This document shows positions 50,946 to 64,000 of a DNA stretch of 64,000 bases, piece after piece. The stretch lies in assembly GCF_009914755.1 (NCBI RefSeq), contig NC_060936.1. One strand, given 5' to 3'. Below the pieces are notes generated by a model that did no database searches, had not been told where the DNA came from, and saw nothing but the letters and a program-made list of their open reading frames with translations. The stretch's first letter is position 1, and each line of letters begins with the position of its first letter. The stretch comes from the human T2T-CHM13v2.0 reference genome, Homo sapiens. Position numbers and translations under genes: made by a program.

Positions 50946-52984
50946 TGACTTATAGAAAATGACCAGGAACTATGAGCTGTTGCTGGTTTTATTCATCACA
51001 GTAATACGTAAATAGTATTCCTTGAAATAAAGGGTTATATTTGGAACTTGTGTAAACACAGACATAAATGTCAAACAATTATCTTTCTGATACTTTACAG
51101 GTACCTAAAAAGTTAAGAATATGATACAGATTCTGTTGATATTAATAAAAAAGAACACATGGCTCTCACCCTCAAGAGACCCATGTGATAAGATAGAAAC
51201 CATGTACATCTAATAGAAATACAAAAGTGTTCTGACTTGTTGGTACAGCCATAGAGAAATTATTTACAGAGAAATGTTGAATAAATTGAGGCAATACTAC
51301 TTTAAGGTAGTACTCTTGCACACACACACAAAAAAAATTATTCTTGAACTGAAAAAGACAAAGGCAAAAAAACCACTCTGTTCTCAGCCAATAATACTTG
51401 TGTATACCCAGTCTTGTATCAAAAATAACTTGAATGTTCAAGGGTTGAAGTGTTAACTCCAGCCAAATTTCTTGTCCTTTAAAGTTACCCCGCTGTGACT
51501 GGCAATACGGAGGTCACATACCATTTCAGCTGAAATAGCAAAGCTCAGTGGGAAGTAAAGAATGATATTGCCTGCTACTTATCTCTGATCCTCTGTCCAG
51601 GTTTCTGAGAAACCATATCAGGGCAGCAAATATAGCTCCATAGAGATTTTTTAGAATCAACCTATGAGGGTTAAGACAGGAAAGAAAAAGAGCACATTGA
51701 CATTTGCCATTTTTACAAAATAAAGGTGCATCCCAAAAATTTACATAAGAAATGTGTCTCAGCCTAATACTGCCAGTGATACTCTGGAGGCCACAGTGGA
51801 TACCTAATAGAACTAGTTCAATATCTAATACACGTCTGATTGTTTTTCTCTGTTAAAGCCAAGTAAAAGGATTGCCCAGGGCAAAGAGACATAAACACTG
51901 ATAAATCACCATTTCACTTACTTTACTTTTATTTTCTTTTCAATTCCACATAGCTGACTTTTGTAAAAGCTGAACTCTTACAAAATGGAAACTTCAGTTA
52001 GTTACAGCGAAGTATTTTTCTATGATGTCAAATACCAGGATATGTTCGTAATGCAGACAGTTACCTAGTGTTCACTCTGTATCACACACTGTACTAGAGA
52101 CTAAAAGATGGATGCAAAAGAAACAAGAGGAATTTTTTCTGACTGAGATTTTCTGGAAGTACACAAGGGGCTTTTTCAAAAATGCATACTATTTTATAGT
52201 GAAAACCTGATTTCCTTTCTCAATTTCCATTCACTTTTCATTTTATGTTACATTTCAGCATAGCATAAACACAGACAGCTTCTTGAAAGTCTAAGCTTCA
52301 ACAGATATATTCATAGTTTGAAGATTTATATGACACTAAAACAATTGATTTACAAGTTTTTAAATTTGAAACTGGATAAAATTTTGTCATTTCTTAAATG
52401 TATAGGAACAAGGTGCATTTTTTTATAACTTAAAATTCCTTATATATTGCAAGGGAGAAAATCATTAGATTATATCATAGGACTGACTTAAAATATATTG
52501 GCATTATTTTTAGAAATATGAAACATGGATGCACTAGTACAATTCAAAAATTAATTTCATATGCCATTCTTATACTTGGTAATATAGAATGTCATTTTTA
52601 GAAATGGTTCCAAAACTCAAAATTATAAGACTGTATTATCATTTTGTTTTAGCCCAAAAAAAGTAGTGGAAACCTTATTTTAAATGTCATGATTTTGTCT
52701 AATCTTCATTGTAAGAATCCTCCTAAAGTACATGTGAATAATTGTGTTAAATTATTCATCATGCAAGCTAATTTGACAGTTAATTATAATAAAGGAAAGA
52801 GTTTTCTGAACATAATTCAGGGCTTTAATGCCTAAAGGATAAACTACACTGACGGAATTTGTCGTTGACTGTGGTCTTACTGCTACATGCTAAGCCCAAA
52901 ATTAACATTTTGTACTTTTGAGAGCTTAAAAAAAAAGATTATATTTTTTGACAATGCAAAATATGCTGATTTTTTTCTTGGAGA

Positions 52985-53225
52985 GAAGCATTGAATAGTA
53001 AAAGTTGAACAGGCTTAGGACTAAATTCCTCATTTTGCTTTTCATCAGCTGTGTGGTTGGGGAAACTAGTTTAACTCTGAACTTCATGGGTTTTGTTGTG
53101 GTTTTTTCCAGCTGTAAAATGTTGATAAAATATGCAATTTGGGGCTTTATTGTGACAATTAAAATAAATAAAAAGCAGCTGCCTCTGTTCCTTAAATATA
53201 GTAGGCACTCAATAAGTGTTAGCTC
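52985..53225 (+). mobile_element. MIR
   Basis: cagctgtgtggttggggaaactagtttaactc...atagtaggcactcaataagtgttagct. Confidence 0.75.
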
Positions 53226-53329
53226 TCTTCCTTTCTTTCTTTTCTTTTGAAAGGGGATGGGAAGAGGGAATATTTATAATTTCTTCAGTGCCATGAATAG
53301 TATTTTCAAAAATTATATTTTATGACATT

Positions 53330-53535
53330 TATTAGCTGGTAAATGGTTGTCACATGCATTGCTATTTTAATGTTTCCAATAATATTATGCTGGAGGCAAA
53401 GCAGATAACTATTCTGTTTTTACAGGTTTAAAAGTTTGGGAAGTTAAATTAGCCAAGTTTATACAACTAAAAAGTGACATAACTGGGATACAATCTCAGA
53501 TTTGCATGAGTCGAAAAACCCATTTCTTACCCCAG
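53330..53535 (-). mobile_element. MIR
   Basis: ttttacagg...gaagttaaattagccaag...ctgggatacaatctcag. Confidence 0.65.
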
Positions 53536-53867
53536 TATACACACTAGTATTCAGTGGCACAAAAATCTTCTCTAGACTGTAGCAAAATTAGTAAAATTAG
53601 CATAATCAGGGAGTTCTTCATAAAGCAGAATATATTCCTATTTTTAAATTCAGAGATTATGCCTTTTTTTCTGGATAAAATTTCTTTTTATTATGAAGCA
53701 GTGGCAAGAATAGATGATAAATGTTTTTCATGTCTTTTTTACCCAGAATTTAAAATTGTCAAAGCCCACTTGTCTCCTTTTTTTCTTTTTGAAATTTTAC
53801 TGGACTGTGAAATGCAGAAGTCTGATAATAGTATACCAGGGCATGCTACTTTATTACTCTTCCTAGT

Positions 53868-54000
53868 AAATATGCAAGGTGATGGATATGCTATTCGGCC
53901 TATTTTGATCACTCCACAATGTACACTTGTATTAAAACATCACATTATATCCCATAAATACATACAATTATTTGTCAATTAAAACAAATACAATTTTTAA
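53868..54000 (+). mobile_element. L1MA-type extreme 3' end
   Basis: aggtgatggatatgctatt...ttgatcactccacaatgtac...aaacatcacattatatcccataaat...ttgtcaattaaaa. Confidence 0.8.
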
Positions 54001-54569
54001 AATTATATTATGCTGAAATAGATGAGGATTCCAAATTAGGCTAGTTCTAAAAGAATGCAATATGATGCAAACTATTCTTATTATATATGGACTAACAATT
54101 CCAAAAAGGGTATTTTCAACTTTTTAATAGAATGTAGTGGTGGTAGTTTCCGCAGAGCTGTGAAGTTTGGTGGTGTCAAGTTATGCGCTAGTAACAAGCT
54201 AAATATCGATAGAATAGAAGAGACTCCAGTAACAGTGGTTAACTATCACCAGGTAAGTCAGCACCCAGTGGAAGCATGCCTAGCAAAAAGCAGCAACATT
54301 TAATGATGGCTTTCTGCAGTGACAAGTCATACAGTTTTCAGAGCAATCCGACCGTATCAGGGTTATCAGGGCACTAACATTGCACTGTTCTGGTTTTTCA
54401 GACTTTTTTCTATGTCAATTTATTTTCCACAGTGTGAAATTCTCACTCCTCATTTATTCCTGGCCACTCCCTTGGCATGTCTAGCTAATAAAAATAATGT
54501 TTCAGAAGTCTAGATTTCATGACCTGGTATTAATGCTTGTGTATGTACCCTGTCCTCCTTTCTTCCTCA

Positions 54570-54745
54570 GAAACAACAATGGGTTGCCCTCACATACTGT
54601 TCCCTAAATATCCTGTGCATGTCACTGTCATTGCCCTTCCATGTTATTAATATCAGACAATTCCCTCATTATCGTATATATCATCAGTGCCTATGGGGTA
54701 ACTGGCACTTGACTAGCACTCAGAACATGACAATGAATGAATGGT
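54570..54745 (+). mobile_element. L2 3' end
   Basis: cagtgcctatggggtaactggcacttgactagcactcag...aatgaatgaatg. Confidence 0.6.
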
Positions 54746-55729
54746 GTCTATAGTACAGGTATATCTGGAGCAACTTTAGTAACTTTCCTCTACAGAGAAA
54801 AGATCTAGTGATAACACTCCTTGAGAGTTCCTGCCGAGGGCAACCTCAAAACATTTCAACAGAAATTCAGGGCCACTGAAACACCACCAGAATTTGAAGA
54901 CCCATGTTCCAAATTTGGTCTATATTTATAAAATTTGAGAGATTTTATACTGATACATGAAAGTGTTGGTTTTATAACTGCATAATCTTTCAATGAAATA
55001 TAAAGGAGAAGAAAGAAAAATATCTCATTTGACCTACCTTTACCAAGGGTTCCTCTCTCAGTAGCTTTCCCTGATGATATAAAGAACCATGTGTGATCAG
55101 GCTTTTAATAAAATGGCACTAAATACATTCCCAGTGCAGGATCAAATGCTTGGTATTGTTAAAAGCCAACCTAGAGATAGCAGAGTGGATTAAAGCTCAT
55201 ATGGATGTAGTAACTACTTTTAACAGATTAATTTTCTTTCCAGAGGGAATTTTAAAGAGCCGACCTAGAAATGGCTTTGGCATTCTTTTAAATTAAGTGT
55301 AAATTAAAAAGAAATATAAAAATCCAGGGCATGGGCTAAACGTCAAAAGGAGTCAAATCATGTAACATATGTGCTCATGACTGAATTTATCAGAAGTTCC
55401 TGAGACAATAAAATAAGATGCAATATACTGAAAGGCAAAGTTCCGAACTTTGGTAACACAAATACTTTTCATGTGTGAAAGAACTTCTAGTATCAATTTT
55501 AGGATACTTTTTATCTGTCTGAAAAAGACACACTAAAAATATTTTGTTCAATTAAGCAAAATGAGTTGAATAGGCTCTATTCAACTCATGTTCATGAGAA
55601 CTATATCTCTACTAAGTAAAATGTACAAGTGTCTCAGTGGCTTGGACCCTTTTAAAATCACAATAATTTAAAGTCATTAGGGTGCAGACAGAAACAGGAT
55701 CTGTAAGTTATTATAAAATTCATTTAATT

Positions 55730-55960
55730 TCTGATGCATTCTCATAAGAAAATTCAATATTCAAGAAACATCTTAAGAAGGCAGAGAGAGAAGCATATAA
55801 CTCTGGATGAAAGGGTGCAGTGGAATTGGTGCAATGCTTGGGGATAGGAATAGTTAGAGAGGAATTCACAGGAAACTTAATGCTTAAACTGAGTCTCAAA
55901 GAATTAGTGACAATTTTCCACATGGGCAGTGAAAAAAAGAGCATTCTGGGCAGAAAGAGT
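55730..55960 (-). mobile_element. L2 fragment
   Basis: ttaaactgagtctcaaagaattagtgacaattttcc...gagcattctgggcagaaag. Confidence 0.55.
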
Positions 55961-56424
55961 AGTATGGTATATTTTTCATTATGTTTGTGCATGGCCACTC
56001 TTGTGGCCACAAGAAATAATCCAAACTGTCTTAAATAAAAAAGGAACTATTAGCTCAAAGACCAGCCAAGGTACATACAGAAAAACAGAAACCATAACAG
56101 GGATTTCAAACTGAATGCATTTACTACTGGGAATTGGTTACACTGATGTGGGAAGCGAAGGGGGATGCTGAGTTAACCCAGATGTTAGTAATTTCAGGAC
56201 AAATCTACCATCTCTGAAATTGGTAGAACAAAAGCAAACCTGGGGGGAGGTCCTCCAGATGTCTGGAGAGGTTGAAGGAGGTCCTCCAGATGTCTGGTGC
56301 CCAGATGTCTGAGGACACAGTGCAGCTGGGGCTGGAAGCAAATTGGAGCACAGGTTAACAAATCTGATACTGCTTTACATGTCCACTAGTGGGAGCTAGG
56401 CTTCTCACTACAGGAGTGAGAATT

Positions 56425-57960
56425 TGCAGATAAGAAGGTGGAGAAGTATAGAATGATCAACATGGTAATGGACTAGAGTTGGAGACATCAGTAGAAACCC
56501 GTGTTTACCTTAATATAGATAAAGATGGTTATGTATAGGATAACTGCAAATATGTGTATACACACAGGTTAGTATACACACAGGTTTCTGTGCTTTGTTA
56601 TCTGAGAAAGCCTGGAAACAGGGACACCCAAATAGCAACAAACCCACTTAGTACCCAAATCTTGGTTTTTAATATGATTCTCCAATAAAAAGAACAAGGG
56701 TTCCTTGGAAAAATAACTTATTCTAGGACTAGGGCAGGAATATACAAGATGAGTCTTGCATATGAGATGCCGGAAGCATCTCATAGTGCCCAAACATAAG
56801 AAAGTGCTCCACAACAACAAAAACCTAATTGATGGGAGTATATAAAAAAGACACAGGAGCAGAGTGAAAGGAAGGCCAAAGCTGCAACAATTTGAGCAAC
56901 AAAATAAGTACTACTAGATTGTAACTCAAAGTATAAAATAAATATCCATGAGTCCATACTGACATAAATAAATGACTGATATAAATAAATGACTTAGTGA
57001 CTAAGTAAGTAAATAAGGGAGAAGAGACAGATCTCTCTTCAGAAAAATTTCAAATAATTTATGTATATAATCTTCCTTCGAGAAAGGAGCAAAAATTCCT
57101 TGTACTTAAATGTGGGCAATGCATCACCCTTCCAAAGAGTACAGTAAGACAGAGATTGGAGTGAGGGGAGGGAAGGATAGTAACTTGTTAGTGGAGAAAT
57201 CTGACAAGCACTGCTGCAATCAGGTGACCAAGCCTGACATTCACAGTGATAAGTCAAGTGAATGGCATATACCCTTGATACAATGTGATGAAAGTGGTGT
57301 TTTGCCTCTGTGTTAATCCTCCTAAAAACCCACAATGATAATTTAATCATGAGAAATACATCAGAGAAATTCTAATAGAGGCACATCATCAGAGAAATTC
57401 CAATAAAGGGGCATTCATACTCTTCAAAACTATCAAGGCCATCAAAATAAGGAAAGTCTGAAAAAATATCACAGACAAGGGGAGCCCAGGGAGATACAAG
57501 TACATGTGATGTGGTATCTTGGATGGAAACCTAAAACAGAAAAAAATTGGTAAAAACTAAGAAAATAAATTTTCAAACTGAATAAACTATGGGCTTTAAT
57601 TAATAATAATGTATCAATATTAGTTCATTAATTATAACAAAGTTACCACAGTAATATAAAATATTAATATAATAGGGAGATCTAGGTAAGGAATATGTAT
57701 AATCGCTCTGTACTATCTTCTCCATTTTTCTGTAAATTTAGAACTATACTTTAAAGAAAATATGTTGAATGATGGACTTAAACATTGTTGATGTGGTAAA
57801 CTTAATATTAAGTATATTTAACCACAATAAAAAGTCTATTATTACACATTAGTAATGGGGGAGGCTATGCATGTGTGGGGGCAGGGAGTGTATGGGGAAT
57901 CTGTGTACCTTTTCCTTGATTTTTCTCTAAAGCTATTCTTTAGAAAGAATTTTTAAAAAG
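56425..57960 (+). mobile_element. L1MC (L1MC3-like) 3' region, apparently nested in older LTR remnants (about 55980-56400 and 58000-58400)
   Basis: ggtaatggactagagttggagacatcagt; gggcaggaatatacaagatgag; gtggagaaatctgacaagcac; gggggaggctatgcatgtgtgggggcaggg. Confidence 0.8.
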
Positions 57961-58959
57961 ATATTTTAGACACAAGTAAGTGAATAAATAAATTGGATGC
58001 TAGAGCTAAAACTGTCATCAGTTGCAAGAGCTATGCTGTTAAAAGCGAAGAACAGGAGGGAAGATCCTCTGCCTTCTTTGCTGCTTCCACTTTCACCCTC
58101 ATGCCTCCCAGTGGCAGAATCTAAGGGGAAGTTGGATGTTAAATGAGTCTACAAAGTTAGTTTTCAGAATTCCAGTCTCAGTTTAGAAGTATGAGTTTAG
58201 AACTGAGAGATATTAGGTAAATCACCAGCACAGCTGTCAAGGATTCATCCAGGAACTTGAAGCATGTAACCAGGAACTACCTTTTGACTTTTTTCTCTTC
58301 TACGTTGGTTTCATTCTTAGGTATGAAGGGCACAGTGGCCTAAGGTTCACATTCTAGGTCTAAGATCATGAGGATGGAGTGTCTTTTTTTTTGGCTCATG
58401 CATTTAATATTCTGGGATTGGTTTCCATTAAACCAGAGTGATGTGGATCATGTGACATACCTTTCAAGTAACATTGCTTTGAGAAAGTTATGATTTCAAT
58501 GGCCATGCTGACATCTCAGGATAGAGTCAATTTCATCCAATTCCACCCAAAGCGCATGGCTTGATAGTCACACTCAGTTACACATGGGAATGTGTAAGAA
58601 CATTGTAGTGCATGTAGAGAAGAAACAAACTCAAAAATAAATTTATATACCACATAAAAAATGTTTTTAACTTTAAATATAGGAGATATGTGAAATGATT
58701 GAGACATTTTGAATACATTTCAGATTTGCTGTTTAAAATTGGTATTACAGCAGCATTGTGGAGGATAGTTCTAAAAATGATTAGACTAGAATTGAGGCAA
58801 TGAGCTAGGAGGCAATTACCCTAATATAAAATTAAAATGATGAGAGGCTGATCTAAGAGGCATGTGTAAGAATGGGAGGGAAAAGACATGTACAGTCATA
58901 GCAATGCCAATGCCTATTGATTCATTGAGTGGGCAGGACAAGAGAAGAAAAGATCTAGA

Positions 58960-59145
58960 ACAGGGATTTTAAAGCCTAAGTGAATTTAGTGATTTTCTGG
59001 GAGACTGTTAAAACACAAATTAAAATGCCTCATACTCAAATATCTTGTTTTAAATGATATAGGATGGAAGGTTTTTTTTTTTAATCTTCATATTTAATTA
59101 ACACCCCAGGGGGATTCTGAGGAACACATGTTGAGAACACAGGTT
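58960..59145. mobile_element. MER5-like hAT element
   Basis: ttaacaccccagggggattctga...gttgagaacacagg. Confidence 0.55.
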
Positions 59146-59239
59146 TAGGATGATTCCCAGCTTTTTGATTTAGAGAACTGACTTTCTAGTTCTGTTAACT
59201 AAAATTTTATGAAGAGGAAGAGGAGCAAGGCTGAAAAGG

Positions 59240-59353
59240 AGAGAGAGATCAGTTACTCCATTTTGCCTAAGACTGTACCAGCACCAGCACTGAAAGTCCT
59301 CTGTCCTGGAAAATCCCTCAGCCCTGGACAAAACTGGGCAGTTAGTTTTCCTA
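59240..59353. mobile_element. MER81-like hAT-Blackjack MITE
   Basis: ttttgcctaagact...cagcactgaaagtcctctgtcctggaaaatccctcagccctggacaaaactgggcagttag. Confidence 0.7.
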
Positions 59354-59949
59354 AATATAGAAGAGAAAAAAAAATGTATATAATTGAGCAAGAGCTGCTT
59401 GCAGAATGTCTAAATATAGATGTCTAATTGGCAATTATAAATTTAGAAACTAAGAAAAGCGATAAAAGCTAGAAATACACATTTAAAGTCACTATTATAT
59501 AGGTACAGATGCTACAAGTAATAAGATTAGGTGACAGCAGTCCGAATTAATTTCATAACATAGCTCACTAACAGTGAAGAAGAGGAGAGGAAAAAGAAGG
59601 AGAAGGAGAAAGACTGATGACAGAAATTTTAATGAACATCAATATTTAAGAAAATGTAGAAGAAAAGGAGTCTGCAAAGAACAATGAGAAGATACTTTCA
59701 ACAAAGAAAACCACTGAGAAGACTAACTGAGCCATCAGTGCACATGATTATGACTGGAACAAAATGAGTCATCCAGAATATTAAGCACTGGGGAGAGGTA
59801 ACCATTGATTTGGATATTTAGGAGATCAGAAGTACATTTAGGAGGAGCAGTTTTGTTTATGTAGAGTTTTATTTACAGTTTAATTCATGCAGAGCTGTAT
59901 TGTAATCGCTTGAAAAATTAAGAAGAGAGAAAATGAGGGCAGTGATAAT

Positions 59950-60285
59950 ATTTGACAATGCAAACTAGCAGGTGACAGGCTGAATTTAGCCTGTAGAAAT
60001 TTTTTAACAGAGCTGCAAATGTTTTGTCTTCATCTTTGCTTAGTTTTATTAGTTAGATGGTAGCATTTAACATTTAAGATATTTTAGACAAGTTCAGATT
60101 TCCAGGTTTTCTTGGAAAATGAGAAGTTCTGGCATTTGGATCTGTGCTCTCGTATGGCAGGAATCAGTTGTGGCCGGGCTGAGGGTCACAGCCTCTGTAA
60201 TTTTCCACTGTTGCCCGCATATTTCGCAGCTCTCTTTTCCATCAACAGCCTAGTCCCTGCAGATATTTGAGTGTGAGACCCAGGT
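59950..60285 (-). mobile_element. MER102-like hAT element
   Basis: cagatttccaggttttcttggaaaatgagaagttctggca...ccctgcagatatttgagtgtgagaccc. Confidence 0.65.
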
Positions 60286-62395
60286 ATAACACACACAACT
60301 CTGAAAGGAAGAAGAGAAAGTATTTCTAAGGATGATTAGGTCTGGTGAAACTTTTAGCTTTATTTTTCCTTTTAAAGGTGGGATTAGCTTGAGCCTATTT
60401 ATATGCTAACTAGAAAAAGAAGAGGATAATTATTGAAGCAAAGTCAAAGTGTGAGAGGGGATGTGATGTAGAACAATAATGGAGAAATTAGCCTTGGATG
60501 AGTGGAAAGACTCCTCCAGAGAACCTAGCTGTACATATAATGAAACTATGATTTAAGAATATGACATTGAATATGTTAACTAGACTCACTTGAGATGGAT
60601 AGTCACTAACAGTTCATTGTAGCCCTATTCAGATCACAGGTTTGCAATTAAGTAGAAAATAAAAGCCCCAATGTTTTCAGTTATACCAAGAAACTAGTGT
60701 TCAGTTCCCTAAGAGGCCCAGAGCATAGCTCATGCTTTTGTTTCTGATGAATTACACCCAGCAGCCCTCTGCTGCAATACTGTGCTCTCATACAAAGGAA
60801 TGGAGAGAAGATATTTGTGTAAAATCCAGAGTCTGTAAATCAAGACTCTGCTACAACACAAAATGATCCATTTCCCAGCCTTGCCAAAAAGTATTTGTTT
60901 ACATATACATATCTTCATGAAGTTAAAAATTGCTTTTGTTCAGGTTGGTGTACTGGGGCCAAATGTAACCACAAAGAATATTACTTGAGTTGCAGTTTCA
61001 CGTGAATTAGATAAAGTTCTTGGCAATGGCATGACTCTAAAGAGTGAACTAGAATTTGCAAATGCTATAAATTAATTATCTGGTTTTTAGCATATCACCC
61101 AGACTCCTCCAAATAAAACCATACATAGTATATGTCTTATCACTGCTACAAAGTTAAGAGGAAGCTTCTCAATCTAACATTCAAAATCATCCACAACACA
61201 GCTTGCATTAAATAAAATAGGTAAAAATTGAAAACAATCTACTATGGTCTTATCTATTTGGCAGATCAAATTGTTTTCTGGCACATTCCATTTGGTTCTG
61301 AATAGTTGCTATTTTTTCATAACAGTGATGATCTAAATGTTACATTTGCCTTAATGTTTCTGTAGGATCCATATAATGACAATACAGCATCATTATTAGT
61401 TCAGTCATTGCAATACTTAGGGATTATAAGTCTAATAGCTTTCCCATTAAAAACAATGTCTTAATGCAAGCATGAGTAAAATACTGTAAAATACCTTAAA
61501 ATAAAGTAAAATACCTTAAGAGAAACAAACTTGTTTAATTTCTACAAGTACATTTGAACATGGAAATATCTTATGGCCACTATGGCAATATTAAAAAATT
61601 ACTGTATCCAAAATGTCAGTGTTTCTTTAGACTATAGACTCTTAATGGAAAGATTTCGTAGTAAGGAAGGAAAAACATGCATCGTAAGATGTGACATGAA
61701 AGTGAAATGAGAGACTTTTGAACCAATCACCTCATTTTCAAGAAATTTGCTTCAGTTATATTGAAACCATGCAAGTTAGCCTAATGTAATCTTATCTGGT
61801 AATCAGTATAAATGAATAATCTTAACATTTCTCCACTTTTTGTGCATATGCCTCTGAAGTTTCTTACTAAAAGATTAAGTAAAATTTTGGACCCAGCATG
61901 CACTTATTCTTACTCTCTTTCAAGCTGATTCACAAAGGAGAATGCTCAACAGTCTTCTATGACCCAGTAGGCATAGCAGGCCAGAAGTACTGAGAAGAAA
62001 GGTAAGATCAGAATAAGCTCCTTGCTCTTCTATGCACCTTTTAACAAATTTCTCTCAGTTCATATAAATTTAAACAGAATTTTGTTCCCGTGTTCTTTTT
62101 TCAACACACTATTTCTTTACAAAGGTTTGATTCTTCTCCAAAAGATGAGAGAGAAAATGAGAAAGTTATTGAAATTGAGGAAGAGTTATGATCAAGTTAT
62201 ACCTTCCTAGCCTGGATATGCTTTATAATTCCCCAGTCAAATATCCTAACTGCTAACCTCAAACACGCTATAATTTTCTAGCCCTCACAGAATCAATGGC
62301 ATCAGTATATCCATCCATTTTCATCTCATTAGGCCTGACTCAATAATAACTCACACTGTTTGTCTACTTTTCTTCCCTTTTCAAGCTTTTGTCTC

Positions 62396-62924
62396 TGAAT
62401 ACAGTTTTTTGTTGCTGCTGTAATAAATTACATCAAACTTTCTGGCTCAAAACAACACGAATTTATTATCTTACAACTTTAGCAGTTTGAAGCCTAACGT
62501 GGGTCTCACTCGGCTAAAACTAAGGAGTTGGGAGAGCTGCTACCCTTCTGAAAGCTCCGGGGAGGTATCCATGTCCTTGCGTCTTCTGGCTGGTAGAGAC
62601 CCACATTTCTTGGCTCATTGCCCCCTTCCTCCGTCTTCCAACCCAGCAAGTCCTTCTCACACGGCATCACTCTGACCTTGTTTCCATCATCCCATATCCT
62701 TCTCAGAATCTAACTTTTTACCCTCTTCCACTTTTACAGACTCTAGTGATTTCACTGGGCCCACAGGGAAAATCCAAGATAATCTCCCATTTTAAGGTCA
62801 GCTGATTAGCAATCTTAATCCTCTCTGCAATTTTAATTTCCCTTTTCATGCACCCTAACATTGTCACAGGTTCTGAGGATTAAGTTGTGGACATTTTGGG
62901 GGAACCATTACTTCACCTACCACA
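62396..62924 (-). mobile_element. MaLR solo LTR (MLT1D-like)
   Basis: ttgctgctgtaataaattac...aaacaacacgaatttattatcttaca...cagctgattagcaatcttaat...ggacattttggggg...cctaccaca. Confidence 0.88.
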
Positions 62925-63039
62925 GTCTCCTAAAGTTCCTCTAGCATTTCCTTCTGAAAATTCATATAAATGCAATCTTGACTCATTAGTGCACAACTTT
63001 ACTTCATTCTTTCAAAACTTTCCCAAGGTAGTAGCTTCT

Positions 63040-63260
63040 TGGCAGCATGCCATTGTGAAAAAGTATTAAGTAGGACTCAAAAAGTTTAAATCCAAGTCCT
63101 GGCTATTACACTAATTTGATCAAGATATTTAACATTTGCTAACCTCCATTTCTTTGCTTACAAAATAAAGGTAGTAAATGTGTGATGTTACACATTCATG
63201 ATGTGACTAGCTCACAGAGTGTTGTGATAACCAAAAGGTTTGATGACTTGGAAGTTCCCT
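63040..63260 (+). mobile_element. MIR
   Basis: atttaacatttgctaacctccatttctttgcttacaaaat...tcacagagtgttgtga. Confidence 0.6.
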
Positions 63261-63319
63261 TGAAATGATTCCTTTAAAAATTCAACTTAAAATGGTTAAG
63301 TTGGATAAAGTACAGGTCA

Positions 63320-63523
63320 AGGAACAGTGATATGGACTGTAGAGATACATTGACCTGTATTGAAAATCTGGCTCATTCATGTGATATTGGGCTAATTTCT
63401 TAAATTCTCCAAATAAGTTTTACCATGTACAAAATAATTCTACCTCTTAGGGGCAATGGGACAATTATAAAATATAAATATATAAAAGTATTTAGAAGAA
63501 CACTGATAGTGCTTTATAAGCTC
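63320..63523 (+). mobile_element. MIR
   Basis: gacctgtattgaaaatctggctc...tgtgatattgggctaatttcttaa...ctacctcttaggg. Confidence 0.65.
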
Positions 63524-63645
63524 TCATTAGTTTTGATAATTAGTAAATGATGAACTAATTTTATTGTGACATTTTCCTAAATTTTCATTAGTTTTGATAA
63601 TTAGTAAATGATAAACTGATTTTATTGTGGCATTTTCCTAAATTT
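63524..63645. repeat. 61-bp tandem duplication (2 copies, 3 mismatches)
   Basis: tcattagttttgataattagtaaatgat(g/a)aact(a/g)attttattgtg(a/g)cattttcctaaattt starting at 63524 and 63585. Confidence 0.92.
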
Positions 63646-64000
63646 TAAGGGAAATGAGATATATCTTATCTTTCACCTCTACTTACTATGAAGTTAGCAC
63701 AATTTCTTTATAAAAGATCTTAAAATCTTTTTTATCCCTTTTAAATCAGTAAAAAAAGATTTTTAATGCATTAATGCCAATATTTTTGATATTCTACTTG
63801 TCCCAAATTTGGCCATATGAGCTTCTGCAAGACAGCAACTATTTTAATTTAAACATAATTTTGTTCCTATGTTCTTTTCTCAGCACCAGTAGTATTGATT
63901 TCTGGCTTTCTGGTAAATCAAAATGCTCTAGATCACATGATACTTTTCCTGCCACAAACCAGGAATCACCCATTTTTCAAAAAGTACTGACTTATTTTAA

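Larger units (their letters stand above)
58690..60500 (-). mobile_element. Long L2 remnant interrupted by DNA transposons
   Basis: gaggcaatgagctaggaggcaatt; gctagaaatacacatttaaagtca; ccattgatttggatatttaggagatc; boundaries approximate. Confidence 0.65.

Noticed and set aside
53554-53982. 142-aa ORF (+)
   Set aside because: GTG start, low-complexity AT-rich composition, runs into an L1MA 3' end.

Overview
AT-rich primate (almost certainly human) genomic DNA with no intact protein-coding gene, tRNA, rRNA or CRISPR array that I can support. Most of the window is interspersed repeats (Alu, L1, L2, MIR, MaLR/ERV1 LTRs, hAT DNA transposons) and unique intergenic or intronic-looking sequence. The exception is about 8.87-11.70 kb, a dense, nearly gap-free patchwork of mRNA-derived pieces from at least four, possibly six, sources. 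From left to right: (1) a 5'-inverted retrocopy of an unidentified gene with poly(A) and an 11-bp TSD; (2) a 5'-truncated, tail-less SNRPD1 retro-fragment (-); (3) a tail-less GADD45A C-terminus plus 3'UTR fragment (+), fused head-to-head to (2); (4) a 44-bp orphan linker; (5) a polyadenylated 3'UTR that I recall as VPS52 (-); (6) a short candidate 3' end with AATAAA and an A-rich tail (-). This looks like a multi-mRNA cDNA concatemer captured at one site, later hit by a conventional L1-mediated retrocopy at its edge. Gene and repeat-subfamily names come from remembered sequences, not from database searches. Boundaries of old repeats are approximate.
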